NCBI GenBank assembly: GCA_030704615.1
Contig: CM060731.1
Coordinates: forward strand, 43,276,001 to 43,340,000
Reading direction: 5' to 3'
DNA: 64,000 nt
Origin: Takakia lepidozioides
Lineage: Eukaryota; Plantae; Bryophyta
This document shows, piece by piece, positions 37,545 through 50,600 of the stretch. The translations under genes were made by a program, and so were the position numbers. Positions within the stretch are counted from its first letter, which is position 1. Each line of letters begins with the position of its first letter. Under the pieces are notes generated by a model. That model saw only the letters and a program-made list of their open reading frames with translations, made no database searches and had not been told where the DNA came from.

Positions 37545-38227
37545 CATTCCACATTCGGGAAGGAGAAAGTGGCAATTATATTACATTCATCTTCTTGCAC
37601 CCTATTTTTTTGTGAGGAATTATACACTTGGTGGTGCCGCATCGCCATGGCTACATGTGAATTTCGGTGCCGCAATACATGAGAATGTGGTTTTTGGCCA
37701 TGAATGGCATGCGCATGTTTTTTTTATTTTGGTTGTCTACAAATGGATCCGAGTAAAGCATACATTGTGTGGAGATTAACGGGCATTGAGGCCTATTTCA
37801 GCGCCGTTTATGGTCTATGTACTGCATAGTGCTTCCTTGTTACTTCTCTTCATTCAATTTGTAGTGATTTCGCAGCCCATCCTGGCGTTTTCGTCCACCT
37901 TTATGAGAAGACTCCAATTTGCTACAAATACATTGTTACTGTTCTGCAAATGTGATGCCTTTACAAGATTGCTAGTTCTGTGTCCTAGTGGGAAGGGTCC
38001 TACTGCACATTCCAGCATTTGCATACTGCACCTTGTGCAAACAGCAATCCATACGACAAATGACACGTCCCAGCATACTGGCAGTGAATTGCAAAAAACC
38101 TTAACAGAAGATTATCCAAGCATGTATATTCCCCATATGGCACAGGGAAGTTGCTTGATTTCTGAATGAAAATGTATGTGCCATGAGTGTCGGCGAGTCG
38201 AAACATGTCTACTCTAGCATGCAAGAC

Positions 38228-38827
38228 CTATGGTCCCCTCGCCCAAGAAGAAGGAACTCTAACTGGCCTCTCAAGGACCTCCTGAGTGACCGGGTGCCTA
38301 TATTTGAACAAAATGTCAGTGGTTTCTGTCGCACGGTTGAAACTAACGAGGATGTCGTGTTTATCGATAGCGCCCCCTTGGTAGAAGGACATTTTCACAG
38401 TGGGCCCTGTGTTCCCCTCCTCCTCATCCTCATAACTGAAGAGAATGTCCCCACTTTCCGAGCCAGTCCGTCCACGCGTAAAGTTTTCACCTATGCACTC
38501 ATCATACGTCCACTCGCAACAATTCCAGCGATACGGCAACGCTGTGCGTGATCTGTTCGGCTCCCACTCATGCGGAAAGTCCAGGTCCATGATGCGTAGG
38601 AACCACCTGCTCCCCAGCCGGGGTCCAGGAGAATCGTGCAATCCTGGAAGAAACTCCATTGCTCTCAGCTGGACAAGTCGAGGATCGTCCCTGTAAACAT
38701 CCAGGAAAACAATGATGTCGTGTGCTTTCAGGAAAATGACTCCCGTCTGGTGTCGATAGATATGATTCGGGCACGACATGGCCTCACGACATAGCACAAA
38801 CTCAAAGCAGGGAGGAGATGGGCACAA
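38228..38827 (-). CDS. Hypothetical protein, second cargo ORF of element B (probable start MSCPNH at 38779)
   Basis: Uninterrupted frame of ~180-200 aa with globular-protein composition. No family recognised. Confidence 0.45.
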   Translation of the reverse strand: MCPSPPCFEFVLCREAMSCPNHIYRHQTGVIFLKAHDIIVFLDVYRDDPRLVQLRAMEFLPGLHDSPGPRLGSRWFLRIMDLDFPHEWEPNRSRTALPYRWNCCEWTYDECIGENFTRGRTGSESGDILFSYEDEEEGNTGPTVKMSFYQGGAIDKHDILVSFNRATETTDILFKYRHPVTQEVLERPVRVPSSWARGP

Positions 38828-40429
38828 CAGAGAAGAGTGAAGAGCAAAATGAGAGCAAGGCCTCCCTTACCGTAAGGCGGGTATTTGCTCTCCGGAGCCC
38901 AATTTTGGCGCCGTTATTGGATGGAGTGCGGAAGCTTCAGCCGAGAATTTTGTTTCCGCAGGTCAATTTCGGCGCCGTTATTGGTTGCCATCCCTAGCCT
39001 TCAGCCGGGTATTTGGTTTCTGGACCCAATTTCGGCGTCGTTATCGGCTGCACTCCAGTGGCTTCAACCGAGTATTTGGTTTTCGGGGCCCATTTCGGCG
39101 CTCGCCATTGCGTTTTCGGAGTCTGCAAACCCGGATCCTAATTCCGCTTGCGTCTCTGCCTCTGGGATAATTTTGGTGCCGTTATTGCCCAGAATTCAGT
39201 TTTTCTATGACGTGGCCTAGCGGTCCATGAGCCTGGGCTCCAAGTCATGAGCGTACACTGGTACTCATGAGCGGAGTGCTTCCAGCATGAGCGCAGAAAT
39301 CTTCGATTTTTGATTATTTTATAGTTTTGGGCCCGAAAAAAATCTGCCGAAATTCGAAGTGTGTTACTTTGCGGCTCATGGGTGAGCCATGCCCGCTCAT
39401 GAGCTCATGGAATAGCAACCCCCGACCCTTGAGCCTCGACTTGTTTTTCCATTGCATCCACCTTTCCGACTATTTCATAATACGCTACACTCGCTTCCTG
39501 CCATATAGACAGAAATGCATAAGACAACATGTTCCAACCAGGTTTTTTCCACCTACCAATATTTGAGCACAACATCAAGCACCTTACCTATCAATCCATA
39601 TTGGGTGATCATGCACCAACCAGACACATATCATCAAACGCTGGCAACCATGAGTACAACATGTTCACATGTACAAAAATACTGGTCCCACTTTTGTTCT
39701 AGCAAAGCAGTAAATTCAAGCACATGTCCTTCTACCACACATGCAGTCCGCAGCATACAATGATCACACCCAGCAACTTCTGAAGTAAAATGTGTTAACC
39801 CTCTACTAAACCCTTTGATGGACTTAGACCTAGCCAGACACGGCCGTCCTAGGGATACAATGTTGGCTTATAGTGAAAATCAACAAACCCAAACCCAACA
39901 GATCTCAGTCCAAACCAGGAAGTGGTTAGAGGTACCAAACTCAGTTTTGTCAATCAACACACTGGCACTCTTATGAGTACATTCTTTCAACACTTAGATC
40001 ATTCACTGAGAACTTGAGCACAATGACGTGCTATAATACACAGGGCACACATGTACTGAAAGCACATGGTTGTTGAGTCTCACTTACCCGCCTATCGCTC
40101 CCAGCTGACATCCTTGAGACAGAGTATTCTTGTATATCAGCCAACGTAGGGGGGCACCCGGTTTCTCTTTCCTACATATGAACCCAACATAACAAACAAT
40201 CTGAAGCCAATGTGCAATTTGTACTCAATGGCTCAACCATACAAAACCATAACAAAACCACTGAAGATAATGCAACGTCAAGATTGAACAATCATGTCAG
40301 CACATAAATAATTTTATACTAACGCTCAGCTCCAAAATTGCTTGAAATACTAAACCATAAGTCAACCAGCATTAAAGATTGGCATTCATAGAATGTATTG
40401 AGAGGAGTACAGTGAGAAAGCTTATGAGG

Positions 40430-41410
40430 GTTCTTACTAAGCGTGCCTCCATGCTGTCCTTCCCTCCCCGGCCCGTTTTGGTGTGATTTTGAATGCAGGC
40501 ATTTGCTGTCTTCAAGTGGGTCTACACTTTGGAGTACTGTTCTGTACTCCAGTAGGAGGTGAGGCTCTTCCAATGCTCATCAGACACGTCCATGGGTTCC
40601 CCCCCACCTTTCTGCCATTCCTTGTGCAAGTCATGCCGTCAGGTCTTCATAATTGTGCCTATTGTGTTTTGCAACGCAATATCATCCAAGTCACGTGGGA
40701 CATATTCAAGTAGCTTGGCCAGGATTTCTTGAGCTCTTCAATGATCTCATTAGGCTGATTGTTGATGGCTACAGAAGGATCACAAATACGATGAATGTGA
40801 CCTTTGAGGGCCGCATGCCAAACATTCCTCCTTTGACCAACTGGTTTTCCTGCCTTGTTCACAACAACTACTGTTGCAGGAAGACCTTCTGCCTCTCTTT
40901 CTTCCTTCACTTTATATGCCGCAGCCTTCACAACATAATTTGCTCGTCTCAAGGCATTGGTTCTGTCACACTTTGATTGAACCACATCCCCTGCAGGTTG
41001 AACCGCTGGCATCTGTGCGGGAACGTTGAAGGGTTGATTCGGCCAACTACCCATCGGTGGCCATGGTGGTTGGGAACCACTCGGGGATCCATAGTGGTCA
41101 TATGGGACCTGTACATACGGCGGAGGATATTCAGGTGGCCTGCCACCTCCATAAGGAGGAGGAGGTGGGCGATGTGGAGGAGGAGCATAAGGGCCATAAT
41201 GGCCAGCTGCATAACTGTGTTGGGGGGCCGTTGCGTACTGACCCTCCACATTGCCAGTGGGTGGATGCTGGTTGGGAACTGGGTACTGAGGCATGGAGCG
41301 ATATTGAGAGCCTAGTACTGGTGGCTGAGTATGGAAAACCTGGGGGGACTGAGGGCCGACTCCTGTGGCATTTTTCTGCTTCTGTTTTTGCTTGCCCTGG
41401 GTTTCCATAC
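40430..41410 (-). pseudogene. CACTA TnpA/Ptta-like (Transposase_24-like) gene with Pro-rich N-terminus
   Basis: NKAGKPVG...WHAALKGHIHRICD and, after a frameshift, EPMDVSDEHWKSLTSYWSTE...NHTKTGRGG. Confidence 0.7.
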
Positions 41411-42945
41411 ATGAAACACAATGCCAAGTAAATCCAACTACAAGGACCACACCATATCATGACATAAAGGTGTCATAAAGTATAAACAGTACGCATGATT
41501 TCTACAGGTCTGATTACCCAAAAATCAGACAGATCTTGGCTAGAAAATCGGCCAAATTGGATTGACTTCAATGATGTGCGCCCAAGACTTTTCCGACCCC
41601 TTTTATGTATGGGTTTTGCCTGAAATCCATACCAAACATGCAGTAGGGAGGGGCATACCTAAAAGTTGTGAGAAAAGATGGAATGTGCTCAACATACGAA
41701 ACCTACTGCTTACAAAGTTGTAAATAGTGCTATGGAATATGGGGGCCACATGCACATGGGCAATGGTGCAGCTCCTCCACGCAGAAAATGGACAGACAGA
41801 ATTCCTAGTGCTGAATCTAGACAGAGAATGTGCTTATGACAGCACACCCCCTTCGAAACCAAACATGCAAATGAGGGACAAACCTACAAAGCACGGAAGA
41901 GACAGAACAGAAAGAAGAAGAATATTGACACGCAATTAAATCTGCCAAGTATTTAGACAATCCCTCCCCGGATCATGGCCCCTAATGAAGTCCGCATGAT
42001 ACTATTCGGCACTCATGAGGTTGTGCTCACCTTCGGAATAAGTGGTGAGAGACTATAAATATGCCCATAAAATGCACTCACAGATGGAGACGGTGTGCCT
42101 CTACCACGTTTTTTCCCTGCGTGCGCCACTGTGCCTGCATCTGCGTCCTCCAAATGGAGTCGGCTGAATCCCCAGACCCTTCCTGTACTGCTCCCTTTTA
42201 TGGTGGGAGGTAAAGATCGTCGTCGTCTATGTCAAAAATTACTTTGGGCTTGGCAGTTGTTCGAGTCATGGTGACGAGTCGGGCACTTCGTCTTGCCGGA
42301 TCTTTGATAGGAGCTCCACGAGACCGTGCCTTTCGACGCGGTTTCACACCCGTAATCCTGCAAAAATACTTCCATTGTGGCCCACAGGTTACTTGACTAT
42401 CTCCCCTCTTAAACGACTAACACAAGACAAATGCAGCTCATACCCTAATGTTCATAAAAGAGCTGGAAAACGATGAAGTGCCTTGCCGCTGTCCCAATGG
42501 CTGCCCGTCAAATGCGGTTCACTCCCGCCTACTGCTATGAATGCACTCCTATACCCCTTATACTACACTCAACTTGCACTTGTCAAGCATTTTCTATATT
42601 CACACCAACGGCGCCCCCTCTCGATCGACCTCATCATGTACCGTGCAAAAGGGAAGAGATCACATTGTTAGCCATGCATGCATTGTCAAAGGATTGGGTC
42701 ACTGAACTATTCGATCTTTACCTTTCAAAGTCCTGCTTCAACTTTGCCGTGGCATCCTTCACGATGGCAATGTTAGCCTCACGTAGCTTCTCGTACTCAG
42801 TGAGAGGCGCAATGACAACTTTGGACTTCACCATGAATGATCATGCAGCTCACTAGCACACACCGCAAGAGGTAGATATATTGTAGAGAGAGCACTGAGG
42901 ACACAAAGTTGCAGAGGCTCTACAGGGCATTGCATACTACGAGCT

Positions 42946-45447
42946 ATGAACGTTCAACGTCTGTTTGGCCGTCATGGTGCATATGAGCCACGCATGCGAT
43001 TACGAGATGACAGACTATGGCGACTCAAGGAGGCGTACGCCATATCAAATGGGAACAAGAAAATGCTTTGCAATTGCACTGAATGTCATGGATCCAAATG
43101 GCAGTTGTTGGAGACAGTGAAGAAGCACTACCTCAAACATAAGAGGGATCCAACTTTGCGCAGCGTACTATTCCGGTACATCCACAGGAAGTACACTGTT
43201 CTTCAGGACTTAGCAATCTCCAAGTTTGAATTTTGGAACCATTTTGGTGTGGTAGTAGTAGCCATGAATTCACCACTCCACATGTCGAAAGTTGATTGGC
43301 GAGTTGTAGTCATGTAGTTATGTCTATGACTGCCCTTTATACACATGTCGATATGTCGTTGGCTAGTTGTAGTCGTGTAGTCATAAACACATATAGGAAC
43401 ATGACTACATCACTAGAACTATTTGTCATGTGTCACAATGTCGTGGCTCAAATCGAAGTGATGTAGTGATAGCCGTGCCTACATTTGTCCACATGTCATA
43501 ATCTACATATACTGTGAATGAATCGTGGGAAACACGGGATGCAGGGACATGCTGATTCTGATGACGAGGAGGATCGGGTTGAGTTTGGGCAGGGGCCTAA
43601 TGAAAGGGAGAACAATACAGATCATGAAGGTGGTGTGGAGGCAGAAATTCAACGAGCATTGCAGGAAGCTTTTGAGTTTGCAAATGCAAACAGGGAGGAT
43701 CCGATTAATGGTGGAACTCGGGCCGAAGATAGCCCCAACGAGGAAGAATCCATGGACAATGCAGAGAATGCAGAGAATGGCCCAAACCTGAGTCACGGAG
43801 TTGACCCCAACTACGATACGCTATTTTGACAATCTCAGTATAAACTCTACGAAGGGAGATCGATCAGCCGATTTGAAGCTACTTTGCACTTGCTCAACTT
43901 GTGTACCACCCACAAGTGCACCAATGGCTTTGTGGATGAGCTTCTTGGATTGTTGCGCAAAAGTTTTTTGCCGAAACAGAATTCTCTGCCAAAAACTAAT
44001 TATGAAGCTAGAACTATGATTACGAAGATGGGATTGCAGTACACCCAGATCCATGTCTGCAAGAAATGTTGTGTACTCTTCCGTAGGGAGAATGAAAAAA
44101 GAATTTTGCCTGGAGTGCAAGACGTCGCGTTACATTCCTGGTCGTGGGACTGTACCCAGAAAAATACTACAACATTTCCCTGTCATCCCAAGGTTGAAAC
44201 GCATGTATCAATGCAAATCAATCGCGCACCTTATGACATGGCACTTCAGACATAAGAGTCAGGATGGATTGGTTCGACATCCAGCTGATAGCAAAGCCTG
44301 GGCCCATGTTGACTCCATATTTGCGGATTTTGCTTCAGAACCACGAAATGTACGATTTGGATTAGCCTTAGATGGAGTAAATCCATACAGTGCTCAATCC
44401 ACGAGTTGGAGCACATGGCCCATCCTGTTGGTCAACTATAATTTGCCTCCATGGTTGATGACAAAAAAGTTTTTCGTCATGTTAGCACTCATTATCCCTG
44501 GAAAGGAGTCTGTTACATCTGCAAACATTGATGTGTATTTGATGCCCCTAGTAGAGGAGCTAAGGGAATTGTGGAGAGGCATCATAGCTTACGATGTTTC
44601 CCAAACTCTCCAACAACGCCAATTCTTGCTACGGGCATTGCTGCTATGGTCAATCCATGATTACCCTGCATATGGCTTGCTCGCGGGTCAGGTTACTAAA
44701 GGTTATGCTGGTTGTCCAGCTTGTGGACCCGAGGTGGATTCACAGCATTTACCAGCACGTTCGAAGACTGTGTTCCTGGGCCATCGGAGATTTCTTGCCC
44801 ACAACCATCTATATAGAAGATCAAGATTGTTCAATGGTGTTGTTGAGCATAAAATGGCTCCACAAACGCAGACGGGAACACAAATAAAGAAACGTGCAAT
44901 TCACCTGATTGCATGGATAGAAGCAGGGGGGAAACCAGATACGCCATCAGACCCTTCCAAATCTCACGGAGTGAAACGATTATCAATCTTATATGCCTTG
45001 CCTTACTGGGAGGGCCTCCTCATACGGCATACGTTTGATGCTATGCATTGCGAGAAGAACTTTGCAGAGAATATCATTAAGAGTATTTTTGGAGAGAAAG
45101 ATACATTGAAGGTTCGGCGTGATCTTGAATTACTTGGGCTGCGTCCATCATTGTGGTTGCAACGACATCCAAACAGGGCAGATACGTTAATCATGCCTCC
45201 TGCTCCTTATGTTCTGACTGAAGCTGAGTTGAAAGTTTTCTTGGACACTGTGCGAAACCTTAAAGTACCCACAGGATACGCCTCCGCTTTCAAAAAACAC
45301 GTGGTAAAGAAAAAACTATCTGGCATGAAATCACATGATTACCATGTGTTCATGCACCAAATTTTACCGCTGGCTATTCGTGGGCTCATGGCAACAGGTG
45401 TTAGGTCTGTCAGCAGGTCTGAAGACAGACACCTCCACCGACGTTGA
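42946..45447 (+). pseudogene. CACTA transposase TnpD/Tnp2 (transposase-associated zinc domain plus Transposase_21), frameshifted and 3'-truncated
   Basis: MLCNCTECH...VKKHYLKH; YTQIHVCKKCC; RHPADSKAW; LALDGVNPY; HDYPAYG; DAMHCEKN; GMKSHDYHVFM. Confidence 0.92.
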
Positions 45448-47650
45448 GGCTATGGTTAGTGATGATGACACAGATACCTCCATATTCATAGACACGGATT
45501 CAGTCGGTGGCAATTAGATATGCTACCCTTGTGCATGTATTACCTGCCATTCCAAATAAATGTACTCTTCTGTCCCCATGTAGTCACATTTTTTTGGGTA
45601 CCAACTGTCAATGAACATTGATATTCAAATATGCTCACAATTCCTCCATGCTATAAGCTGTTGTGATCAAGCACTAGTGGATTGGCCACTAGTAGGGCCA
45701 TTTACTCAAATCCAGATTGTAAAACATTGGCTGCCAGAAGTTGGGAAGTGACCCAGTCTGGCACTTCACCATTCTACACTTCTAATATTTTCCAGTGTGC
45801 AACTATTAGCACTGATTTCATCGCTGGCAACCTGCAGTAATATCCCAGCCTCCAAAAAATCCCATACCCACATCCTTGTCCTTTGTCTAGCTTCAACTAC
45901 AACAACATATTGCCACATTTGACATACATGTACGCCAGGGCAAGATCCAGACTGATATTGGTACAAATCAGGCTTTGATCCTGTCAATTCTTTGCCCCTT
46001 TGTAGAGTTGTAGACGGAGTGGCATGCATAGCAATATCCTGCAAACCTGGCCCTGTGCATCTTCACCCCTTCTACCACTCTGAATCGCTCGCATCTGCTG
46101 TCGCCATTGAGTGGTCAGATTGTTGAGAGACCTGTAAGACCATCCCAGTGGAACATCAGTTGGCTTGCTCCCCACCCCCTCTTTAGCTTGCGTTTGAATC
46201 ATCCACAAATCTAGTTTTTTTCTCTCATCTCCAGGAAACTGACCCGCTATCACATTGTTGTACTGCAATTCTGCCAAAATCTTACAATGTCAGGCTATGG
46301 CTATCATCATAGCCTCCACACCAATGTATGGATGTGTCCTTCATGAGCAACACTACCCCAAGTCTGCCTTCACCCTGCCCTAACCACAAAACGAAATTAA
46401 AGAATTCCAGTCAACTGTGACGAACATGGGAGGTTTTTGGTGGTTCAAAGCTATTTCACGAGTAAAATACTTACAACACTTGGTTGTGGTGGAAGACCTG
46501 CAATTATACCATATCGTACACATCGCTTACTTGTGGTGGCAATCTTGCAATCCAATATCCACAAGCAGGCAGATTTATTTCGTCTTGACCAAGCTGTCAT
46601 GGCAAGCCTATGGCATATAAGAAAAAGCAAAGCATTAAAGAGGTGAGTTCAAACAGTCGTGCAATCAGTTTTCAGCCCACTGAGCTGGTAAGGAAGTGCC
46701 CAGTATATGACTTGTGTCACACATTAGTGGAAAAATAAACCAACACCAACTTTCACATCCCTCATCCCATTAGAGCTTTGCCAACTTCATTGCCTCCATG
46801 GAATCCCCCCCCTCGTGAAAAAGGAGGTTTACTATTTCATGAGCAGAAACCATGAGCCATGAGCCATGAGCCGCATGAGCCGCATGAGCGGTGAGCCGAA
46901 GTCTAAGACACGCGGATTTCATGAGCGGACTCCAAATTTGGAAATGCGGCAGATTAAACAAGTATTAAAATAATAGTTTTATATTTGACCTTGCCGTTTT
47001 TGGAAGTTACAGATCCTGTAATGCGGCGAAGATATGTCGTCAGTAACAACTCCGCTCATGGTTTTTTAGATCCGCTCATGGAAATGAGTGACCGTGCAAC
47101 GAGAAATCCAGTATACCACGGCGAAAGGACGTCGCATACTGGCCTGTATAGAGTATTCCGCGGTTTTACATGCCTTAACATTGGAATGAAGCTGACCCTT
47201 TTGCCGCGACTGAACCAATAGAGTCTGCACAATTCTGTCATCTTCTAGTATTCGGCGGGAAAGTTTTGCAAGTCAACTAGGAAATGCGGTGCCGCATTAC
47301 GGTTCGTACGTGCGAAATTTCTGGGCAATTTGGTGTTGGTGAATGCCGCATCTACCAGTACCTACGACGTTACTTGGAAATGCGGCGCCGCATTTCCTTG
47401 CCGGGGGTCGAATGAGGAAAGCAAAGTTTGGGAGAGCAGAAAAACAGGAACCCTCCAACACACAAAAATACATGCACGTGGAAACACGAGTGAATGACAT
47501 AGTAGTATCTTAGTTCGAGCAAAACATGATACTGGTAGGCAAGACATAAGTCGGACCTTTCTGTGGCCAGAGTCAGAGCTACTTGCAGCAGTACAGTTCT
47601 ACTATCCGAAAAGGATGGGCGTACCATTGTGTTGGGACCGCAAGCCAAGG

Positions 47651-50600
47651 TCACTGGTCCCCTGGATCCATATTCAGAAGAGTGTGCACCTCTTGGGGGC
47701 TCAACCCCGGTGCATGTATGAAGTGATGAGTTGTGGAATTACACCGGAGTCTCTTTAGGTACACGTAGTACAGATGCTTGTAAGGGCAGTATGATGCCCC
47801 CTTGTTCGCCATGATCTGAAAGTCGGTGCAATTGCAGGTGGGTAATTCTGAAATGGTGATGGTGTACACCTCATTGCGAACAGCTGAGCCTGCCGTGGCC
47901 ATCTGATACACATGCCCAAAGCCTGGTGGGGGCACTTTTGTCGAGCTCTGGATTGTACAGTTCATCCGAAGTGCATTCCCCATCCTTGTCTCGTTCACTT
48001 TTGAGGGAGGTCGCCGCCTCTTCGGTTTCCCCCAACGGTGTGTAGGATGCTTAGAGCTGTCGGGTCCCATTGTTCTTGCTCTCATAGGGGTCGGTGGTGG
48101 AGGCTGTGGAAGCAGAAATGGTTGTCTGGGGACGTCAGTGCGCTGCACCATCCGAAATCCTGCGGCGGTAAGGGCGTCGGCCTCAACCTGACTCAGATCG
48201 CAGCCTGGTTCCACCTGCCACACCGGGGGAGCCTCTGGCATTGTTTGTATGCCGTACTTGGGCTTTCCATACACGCAAGTCATAATGTCGTGCCTGCAGA
48301 ACCAGAACTGGGTGGTTGTCGCCTCCGCAAACTTTGCATGGACAAATCTTCCTGTAAAAGTAGGAGCAGGGACAGCACCATCTGGATTCCTCCTTATCAT
48401 CTCTAAACAACGTTGCCGTGTATCCACTCGAATTGCGGAACACCTGCCTCGAAACGACGGCTTTGTGCGAGCAATTCTCCACTGTGACGCAGACACAGTC
48501 GTCTCCACAATGGCTTGGCCATACTGCATAACAGGGGGCGGAATCTGGGGCAAGCGAGCGGTGGGAATTTCTCGCACAACATCCCCGCTTGAAGGCGATG
48601 GCGATCTGGAATTTTTTGGGCTTCCACTGCTGGAAGACACATTGTGCGGCAACATGACGGGCCCTCGAGGTGCTGTCCGATGTTCCTGTCGGATCTCCAG
48701 GAATCCTCTTCACACCCGGGTTCCTCTTCAATCCTCCGCCTCACAGGGTGAGTACGGACGTCCCCCTCTAGGTGCTCACCTCTGCGGTGCAGAGGCGTCC
48801 CTTTGATCTTCTCTCGCAATGTTGTCGCCCATTTCAGTGGATTCTTCGACCTCAAAGCTGTTCGTACCAACAGTTCCTCCCTGTCTGGCCCAAAGACGTG
48901 GCTTGCTGCATGATTGCTCTGTCGATGTCCTCCGTTGTGGCCGTCACTACGTCCACCAGATGTGCGGCAGAAGACGCTCGCCAGGAGGAGTGCACTGATT
49001 CTGCCATATTCGTGTTCGGCATGTCCGTGTCGGAAACCAAGCACCGCTCCTACAAGGACACAGACAATGGTGAGGAACCAATGGAAAGGTCCGTAATAGA
49101 AAGACAATTGCACGAAAATGATAGCATCATACCTCCCGCATGTACTGTCCAAACTGTCGATACCGGAAATGCCACCACCCCAACCAGCTGTGCAAGGCTC
49201 CCAGATTGGTTGTCTCCACTGCACCTGACGTGTTCCACCAAGCCTCGATGATGCAAACTTAACCTCCGCGTCATCAAATGTGGGTGCATCCTTCCACGCC
49301 GTACAAAGGACACGGTGTTCAGCCTGGAATGAGCTAGCAACAAATTTGGTAGTGTAGTGGGATAGACTCTGCATCCAATGGAATCCACAGGATCTCTCTT
49401 TCCCCTCCATTGGAACATTGGGGTCCTCACCGTACACACGCCGCACCGCTGCCCAGTTGGCTGAGCGTTGTCTGCCATGAATCCCCTGAAATTGGGCTCT
49501 GGCAATCCCGCCCTTGCCATCTGCTCGTTTATGCCCTCCCACAGATGCATCTCCGACTGTGTGTCCTCCCCTTTCATCTCGCAGATTGCAATCGTCATGA
49601 GCCTCTTGGAGTGATAGTCATAAACATGCGCACCCATAGTCACCCACTGATGGTTTGTAATTCGCTTGATGTGATCAAACATCACCCAAGCATTCGACAA
49701 GTTTCCAGTTGTCATGCGAGTGACCAAGTCGACTCCACTCCCAGGCCCACACGTCGACATTTTAAAAATGTAACAACGATCGGATTCGCTGCCTTGCCCT
49801 GGAAACCTGCTACCTTGGATGTAGTCATATCCAGTCATTTGTTTCACCTCCAGGATTGAGTGCATGTCCGACCCCCGGCCGAACTCCTGCTTGCAAGATA
49901 CGATGTGATTCCGCACATTCGGACTACAAACGTGCGAGACGGACTCCAACAGGTCAAGCATCTCCTCTTCGTTCAAGGGCACTCGGTCTGAACCATCTTC
50001 AGACATGATTTTGCCAAGAGCAATCTTGTGGGCTGCCTTCAGCTGAATCTGCTTTGGTCTGGCTCCGGGGCTCAATTTCACCTCCTCTTTTATGATGTCG
50101 TGTGCTTCCTGCACAGCCTCACGCATGTTGCCTCTCGCCAAGGGGTGGCAGTGGACCCCAACGTGTATTCAAGCTCTAGTCAAGTCCGGGAGCAAATGGA
50201 TAACGTAATATTGCTTGGCTCGGCACATGGACATGCATGTCGGTGGTTCTTTGCAATGTGCGCACTTGAAAGTACCCGCAGGAGCTTGGCTGGAGACAAT
50301 GAATGGATGATGCGTTGTGCCAGTCCAATCCGTCTCGTTTCTCCGCCCTCCTTTGGAAAGAAAGTGGAAGCATGCGGGATTGAGGCACCTCAGCTTCCCC
50401 GCACAGAGGACGTATCACACACGAACACCATCAGCAATTTTCGTGCTACTGGTCTTCGTCACACACCAGGGGTGTCTGTCATGCTTTCGATCCATGTCTG
50501 TTAACATCCCTGAGGCTTTGTTTGAGGAAGTAACAGGTGGAAACTCAAAGATGACATTGCCATCGACTTCGGGAGGCAGATACGTTACCTTCCTGACCGG

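Larger units (their letters stand above)
32128..39423. mobile_element. MULE-like element B: both ends present, non-autonomous, 7.3 kb, imperfect TIRs and ~9-bp TSD
   Basis: Left GGAGGTTTACTATTTCATGAGC; right (reverse complement) GGGGGTTGCTATTCCATGAGC. Flanks are AGACCTTGA (32119-32127) and GACCCTTGA (39424-39432). Confidence 0.9.
29296..45447. mobile_element. Degenerate CACTA element (TnpD +, TnpA-like -, FCP1-like domain -) interrupted by element B; boundaries not found
   Basis: Divergent TnpA-like and TnpD genes. Similar GACTAC/GTAGTC-rich tracts at 29300-29760 and 43250-43500. A minus-strand frame rejoins across B. Confidence 0.5.

Noticed and set aside
45766-46800. Short minus-strand protein-like frames
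   Set aside because: No recognisable motif and multiple stops; a call cannot be supported.
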